Of a DNA stretch of 64,000 bases, positions 59,342 to 64,000 are shown one piece after another (within the stretch, counting starts at the first letter, position 1; the number at the start of each line of letters is the position of its first letter). The position numbers were made by a program, and so were the translations under genes. The stretch lies in NCBI GenBank assembly GCA_041489255.1, contig JBGPQV010000007.1, forward strand, positions 1 through 64,000. Direction: 5' to 3'. Origin of the DNA: Thermoplasmata archaeon. Its GTDB lineage: Archaea; Thermoplasmatota; Thermoplasmata; RBG-16-68-12; JAFNFQ01. The notes beneath the pieces were generated by a model. The model was not told the DNA's origin. It ran no database searches and was given only the letters and a program-made list of their open reading frames with translations.

Positions 59342-59515
59342 CTACTTCATCGCTTCCTGGACCGGGACCGGCAGCGGCTCCGCAGCCGTCTGATCCCCCG
59401 CCTGCCTGACCTTGCTCCGGAGGCGCTGGAAGACCTTCGCCGACTCGCTGTTCTTCTCCACCGCCGCCATCATCATGTCGATCGTGCCCGATGTGACGAC
59501 GTACGCGCGGTGCAT
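59342..59515 (-). CDS. 57-aa ORF, probably the 3' remnant of a hypothetical gene
   Basis: MHRAYVVTSGTIDMMMAAVEKNSESAKVFQRLRSKVRQAGDQTAAEPLPVPVQEAMK*; GC3-rich, followed by terminator. Confidence 0.55.
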   Translation of the reverse strand: MHRAYVVTSGTIDMMMAAVEKNSESAKVFQRLRSKVRQAGDQTAAEPLPVPVQEAMK

Positions 59516-59719
59516 TGTCGTGGGATTCTGTACCTCGCCGCTGTCAAAAGCCGACTACGAGTCAGCCAACGGGTGGATGAGGAATCTTGCGAATGTCGCA
59601 GGCATTCGTTTCCGAGATGTTGTCTATTTCGAGGGCCAACCATCGGTATTCGACAATGACTCTAGAAACGCTGGGCCACCAGCAAGACGGAATCGTGTGC
59701 ATAACGGAAAGTGGATATC

Positions 59720-60367
59720 CTAAGATCGGAAAGTTACGCGAATGCCTTCAATGACCTGTTCCGCTTCCTTCCTCGGCTCCTTCGCCTCGTATATCGCCCG
59801 CCCCACGATCACGTAATCCGCCCCTGCTCTGATTGCGTCGGCAGCGCTCCCGCCCTGCGCACCGACTCCAGGCGTCGCGATGCGGAGACTCCCGACAATC
59901 TCCCTCATCCTCCTAATCCTTTCCGGCCTCGTGGCGGGAGCGATGATGCCAGTTGCCCCGACCTTCACCGCCATCCTCGCGATCTCCTCCGCTATCGGCG
60001 CGCTGAACCTCTCAGCCCCGGGGTGGCTCATCTCCGTCACAACGAACACGTCGCCCTTGGCGGCATCCACGCACGCTTTCACCGAGTCCTCGCCTGGGAA
60101 GCCGTGGACGATCACGCCCGATGCCCCGCGGCGGAAAGCCTCCTGCACGATGAGGCGGTTGGTGTTCGGGATGTCGGCGACCTTGAAGTCGCAGAGCACG
60201 TCCGACTCCTTCGCGAGCTTTGTGATGATTTCGGGTCCGACCCCTAGGATGATCGGCCAGTTGACCTTGATGGCGTCAACGAGGTTTTTCACTTCGCCCG
60301 CGATTTTGAGCGCCCTCTTTTCCTCCACGACATCGAGCGCCAGAATCAGATGAGAGTCGAGCTTCAT
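59720..60367 (-). CDS. pyrF: Orotidine 5'-phosphate decarboxylase
   Basis: LILALD, DFKVADIPNT, EMSHPG, APATRP, TPGVGAQGG, IVGRAI. Confidence 0.97.
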   Translation of the reverse strand: MKLDSHLILALDVVEEKRALKIAGEVKNLVDAIKVNWPIILGVGPEIITKLAKESDVLCDFKVADIPNTNRLIVQEAFRRGASGVIVHGFPGEDSVKACVDAAKGDVFVVTEMSHPGAERFSAPIAEEIARMAVKVGATGIIAPATRPERIRRMREIVGSLRIATPGVGAQGGSAADAIRAGADYVIVGRAIYEAKEPRKEAEQVIEGIRVTFRS

Positions 60368-60411
60368 CGCCCGCCGTCTAGGTGCACGCGCGATATAAGC
60401 GTTTTTCCGGG

Positions 60412-60546
60412 CTAGCGGGCAAACCTTCTCTCCTCACCGAGGGGCTTCGTCGGCGCCTGCTTGCAGCACGCCGAGCAGTCCCGGCACCGCCAGTCCGCCG
60501 CGCACAGCACTGCGACCGTGGTGCCGCATGACGGACAGTCTATCAT
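60412..60546 (-). CDS. Cys-rich zinc-finger microprotein (44 aa)
   Basis: MIDCPSCGTTVAVLCAADWRCRDCSACCKQAPTKPLGEERRFAR*; 7 Cys; TATA-like GTATAC ~25 nt upstream; not in ORF track. Confidence 0.65.
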   Translation of the reverse strand: MIDCPSCGTTVAVLCAADWRCRDCSACCKQAPTKPLGEERRFAR

Positions 60547-60659
60547 GTTGCCCTTACGGCATGCCTAGAATGTATACCTTGGCGATTCCACGAGGATTTT
60601 TGGGGCGGAGCAACTATTAAGTAAGATGCCTACAATCCTTCTCGCGAGTTCCAAGAGCC

Positions 60660-61214
60660 ATGCCCGAAAACCGCCACGTGAAATCGAAGGTCTGCCTCGT
60701 CGGCGAGGCAGCGGTCGGCAAGACCTCCCTCGTCCGCCGCTACGTCGTGGACGAGTTCGACGACAAGTACATCACCACCCTGGGGGCGAAGGTCTCCAAG
60801 AAGGAGATGGAGTACGACTACCCGGAGAAGGACATCCACGTGGACATGGACATGACCATTTGGGACATCATGGGCGAGAAGGGGTTCAGGGATCTCCTCA
60901 GCGACGCTTACTTCCAGGGAGCGAAAGGGGTGATCGCGGTCTGCGATATCACCCGCATATCGACCGTGAAGGAGCTCGACGACTGGATCAAGTCTGTCTT
61001 CGAGGTGGTCGGCGAGGTCCCCGTGGTCTACGCGGTGAACAAGAACGACCTGCGGGACGAGGTCATGCTGATGTTCACGGAGAAAGACCTGAAGCAGTGG
61101 ACGCGTGCCTTCGACGCGCAGTACTTCTACACCTCGGCGAAGACGGGGGAGAACGTGGAGAAGGCGTTCAAGGCGCTCGGGGCCGCGATCGTGGCGAAAT
61201 CTGGCGTGTTATAG
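60660..61214 (+). CDS. Ras-superfamily (Rab-like) small GTPase 1
   Basis: G1 GEAAVGKTS, G2 YITTLG, G3 WDIMG, G4 NKND, G5 TSAK. Confidence 0.95.
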   Translation: MPENRHVKSKVCLVGEAAVGKTSLVRRYVVDEFDDKYITTLGAKVSKKEMEYDYPEKDIHVDMDMTIWDIMGEKGFRDLLSDAYFQGAKGVIAVCDITRISTVKELDDWIKSVFEVVGEVPVVYAVNKNDLRDEVMLMFTEKDLKQWTRAFDAQYFYTSAKTGENVEKAFKALGAAIVAKSGVL

Positions 61215-61294
61215 GCTCTGAGAATCACGGCGGAGAATCTAAATAGCCTCCTTTTAGCTGGCTTGACGCTTCTGCAGTCAGGGGGCCCGCGGGA

Positions 61295-61846
61295 ACGAGC
61301 ACTGTCGTCAAGGAACTGAAGAGCAAGATATGCCTTGTCGGTGAGAAGAGCGTCGGCAAGACATCCCTCATACGACGCTTCGTCCTCGACACATTCGACG
61401 ACAAGTACGTGGTGACCGTCGGCACAAAGATCACGAAGAAGGAGGTCAACGTCTTCAAGCCGGAGCTTGAGGGCGAGGTCCGCGTCGACATGACGATCTG
61501 GGACATCATGGGCGAGAAGGGGTTCAGGGAGCTCCTCAAGGACGCTTACTTCTACGGGGCGAACGGCGTCCTTGCTGTGGCCGACCTGACGAGGAAGAAA
61601 TCGCTCAACGACCTGGACGACTGGATCGACGGCGTCGAGAAGATAGCCGGCAAGGTGCCTATATTCATCGCGGTGAACAAGTGCGACCTGATCGATCAGG
61701 CGCAGTTCTCGCTAAAGGAGGTCTCGCAGATGGCGAAGGCCTTCGATTCCGAATTCCTTCACACTTCGGCGAAGACGGGAGAGGGGGTCGAGCAGTGCTT
61801 CAAGAAGCTAGGGGATTTGGTGGTCGAGCATCAGCTTGGCATGTAG
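61295..61846 (+). CDS. Ras-superfamily (Rab-like) small GTPase 2, probable ACG start
   Basis: G1 GEKSVGKTS lies upstream of the ORF-track start; YVVTVG, WDIMG, NKCD, TSAK; no in-frame ATG/GTG/TTG before G1. Confidence 0.9.
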   Translation, partial: TSTVVKELKSKICLVGEKSVGKTSLIRRFVLDTFDDKYVVTVGTKITKKEVNVFKPELEGEVRVDMTIWDIMGEKGFRELLKDAYFYGANGVLAVADLTRKKSLNDLDDWIDGVEKIAGKVPIFIAVNKCDLIDQAQFSLKEVSQMAKAFDSEFLHTSAKTGEGVEQCFKKLGDLVVEHQLGM

Positions 61847-61997
61847 GCATTGTTAGATGCGCCGCTCCGACATACTTAAATATGCGGAGGTGGATGAAAA
61901 GCCCCCTCGGCGCAGGCGCGGGATTGCCCGGCATATGGAAGCTCTTTGGTCATTGTGTGGGGGCTTCTGACCCGGGAAGCGAGAAGGGAAGGCGATC

Positions 61998-64000
61998 ATG
62001 AGGCGAGACACGGAAAGACGATGGTCGGGCATTGCCATCCTCCTAGTCCTGACTCTGCCGGGAGGCTTCATCGGTTCTTTCGCGCCGATGGCGGGTGGAG
62101 TGCCGTCTGTCAAGAACCTGGAGACGGGGAACAAGACGGTGAGCTGGAACTTCACTGATCCTGCGGACTACTCTTTCACGAATGTCACTTTGGCGGGTCG
62201 ACTTGACCAGACCAGCGACGTGCTGACGCAGGACGCGACTCAAGATCTAGTGGCTAATGGTACGTGGGATAACACAAACCTCACGATATCTGGCGGATCA
62301 ATTGCTAGTCGCGAGTTCAGAAAGGAATTGGTCATAAACGGGACATTTGACGCGTCACCACCATGGAGGTACGCAAATGGAACGGGCGGCAATCTGTCCG
62401 CTGAATGGAGTGCAGCTAATCGGACAGCGAGCTACGTCCATAGTCGAGGGGCGTCAGCCGCTGTACAGTTCGATGAGATGGATGCCGTAGCAGGATGGAC
62501 TTACTCCTCCACAGGCACTCCCTCCCCGCTGGGAGGCATATCACTGGACAATGTTTATTTCAAAGAGCCAACAGCGTCGATTCTCCTAGATGTGAGATTT
62601 AGGGGGGATCCGACCGGCTGGGCCGCTGCGAGACGGCTTGGCCTCTGGGATTGGTCATCCTACAATATGCTATCCGTGTGGCTGAATACAACATACATAG
62701 CTCCAGAAGTTCCGCTCGCCTTTGTCAATTTGGTCGCCGGCGGATCGCCCTGTGATTCGGCTCTTGCTTGGATGAAACCCGGCTGGTCAAGGTATTATTT
62801 TGATATCTCAGGATGCTCAGGCCTGACGGCCGTGACGGATGTTGATTTCCGTTTCACTAATGTGACTGGTAACTCATGGGAGCAGATATGGGTCGATGAT
62901 GTCTGGCTCTATCATTTCGACAACATCACTCAATCGGCTAGCATCTCTCAGGACATTCTGAAGATGAACTTCACTGCCCCTAATCCAATGACGCTCCTTC
63001 TGAGTTTCGACTACAAGGTTGATTCCGCGGCTAATCTCACCGACGCGAACCTCACCGCCTGGATCAACGGCGCTCTTCTGTCAATCCCGCCAATCCCCGC
63101 TAACGCGCCGATCGGTTGGACGCACGCGAGCTACGACATCAGCGTCGCCCTGACCGGGAAAGGGCTTTTCAATCTATCATTCATCGCAAGCCTATCACTG
63201 TTTACTCCTTATGCCACATCAATGAAAGTGGAGATAGACAACACTTCTGTGACCGTCCCCGACTACCATGGGGGCATCTACGAATCCGTTCCGTTCAATC
63301 TTGGCCACGCCGTGCGCTTCGACAACATCTCGTTCGCATCGTCTAGCCACCCGGACACGAACGTCACGGTCGAGGTCCGCGGCGGTTGGTCGAACCAGAC
63401 GGACGACGGCTCATGGACTCCATGGGAGCAGCACTTCAATTCGTCAGAGATTCTTCTGAACAATTCCAGCGCCAGTTTCCTTCAGTATCGCGTGATCCTG
63501 AACACCACGAACGCCAGCGCGGCGGTCTCCTTCGACTGGATCAAGTTCGAATTCCACAGATACGTCGATGGCGGCAGCGTGCAGACGGTCGACTGGTCTC
63601 CGCCAGAGACTCTGATCGGTTGGAGGCGGTTCGGGGCGAACTACACCGTTCCGCCGTTCACCTCAGTTGATTTCTACATCTCCAACGACACAGGTTCCAT
63701 CTGGTATCCGGTCATGCCTGGCGATTCCCTCGATACGCTTGGCGGCAACACGATCAGCATCAAGGCGGAATTCGAGACCCTCAACACGACATTCACGCCC
63801 GAGTTGTTCGAGCTCAACGTGACCTATGAGTTCCTCGGGCCGCTGGACAAGATCACCGTGAGCCCGGCGACATGGTCAGGCACCGCGGACGATCAGATAT
63901 CATTCACCGCCAAGGCGAACGACCAATGGGGCCACCTGATCACGCTATTCACCCCGATTTGGACCGATGATGATCCTGCCGGCAGCGTCAATCCCAGCGG
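61998..64000 (+). CDS. Large secreted/surface glycoprotein (runs off window)
   Basis: ATG 61998, hydrophobic signal peptide, many N-x-S/T sequons, beta-rich; no stop seen in the portions translated by eye. Confidence 0.8.
   Translation, partial: MRRDTERRWSGIAILLVLTLPGGFIGSFAPMAGGVPSVKNLETGNKTVSWNFTDPADYSFTNVTLAGRLDQTSDVLTQDATQDLVANGTWDNTNLTISGGSIASREFRKELVINGTFDASPPWRYANGTGGNLSAEWSAANRTASYVHSRGASAAVQFDEMDAVAGWTYSSTGTPSPLGGISLDNVYFKEPTASILLDVRFRGDPTGWAAARRLGLWDWSSYNMLSVWLNTTYIAPEVPLAFVNLVAGGSPCDSALAWMKPGWSRYYFDISGCSGLTAVTDVDFRFTNVTGNSWEQIWVDDVWLYHFDNITQSASISQDILKMNFTAPNPMTLLLSFDYKVDSAANLTDANLTAWINGALLSIPPIPANAPIGWTHASYDISVALTGKGLFNLSFIASLSLFTPYATSMKVEIDNTSVTVPDYHGGIYESVPFNLGHAVRFDNISFASSSHPDTNVTVEVRGGWSNQTDDGSWTPWEQHFNSSEILLNNSSASFLQYRVILNTTNASAAVSFDWIKFEFHRYVDGGSVQTVDWSPPETLIGWRRFGANYTVPPFTSVDFYISNDTGSIWYPVMPGDSLDTLGGNTISIKAEFETLNTTFTPELFELNVTYEFLGPLDKITVSPATWSGTADDQISFTAKANDQWGHLITLFTPIWTDDDPAGSVNPS

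Noticed and set aside
58366-59393. Many short ORFs on both strands, or a CRISPR array
   Set aside because: By-products of the 21-bp array; no constant repeat with unique spacers and no cas genes in the window

Overview
GC-rich archaeal chromosomal window, probably Thermoplasmatota-like (inferred from gene content: aIF2-gamma, rps6e, pelota, tgtA, Pcc1, Pth2, pantoate kinase, an archaeal tRNA-Gln, TATA-box promoters, many large CARDB/SBBP/PKD surface proteins). Housekeeping blocks alternate with accessory segments. Main observations: (1) diverged partial copies of the ends of core genes flank accessory genes: three extra copies of the coaBC promoter/5' end, one of the pantoate-kinase 3' end and one of the pyrF 3' end, suggesting repeated integrase-free gene capture; (2) two long degenerate 21-bp tandem arrays with quasi-palindromic units; (3) a candidate stand-alone ~125-nt structured ncRNA; (4) an hdrCBA-mvhD-metV-metF operon of the bacterial acetogen type; (5) tandem Rab-like small GTPases; (6) probable CTG and ACG start codons; (7) two unannotated CPxCG zinc-finger microproteins; (8) a NotI-family restriction-modification pair; (9) a large surface-protein gene interrupted by one in-frame TGA. 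All calls come from reading the sequence only; no database searches were run.
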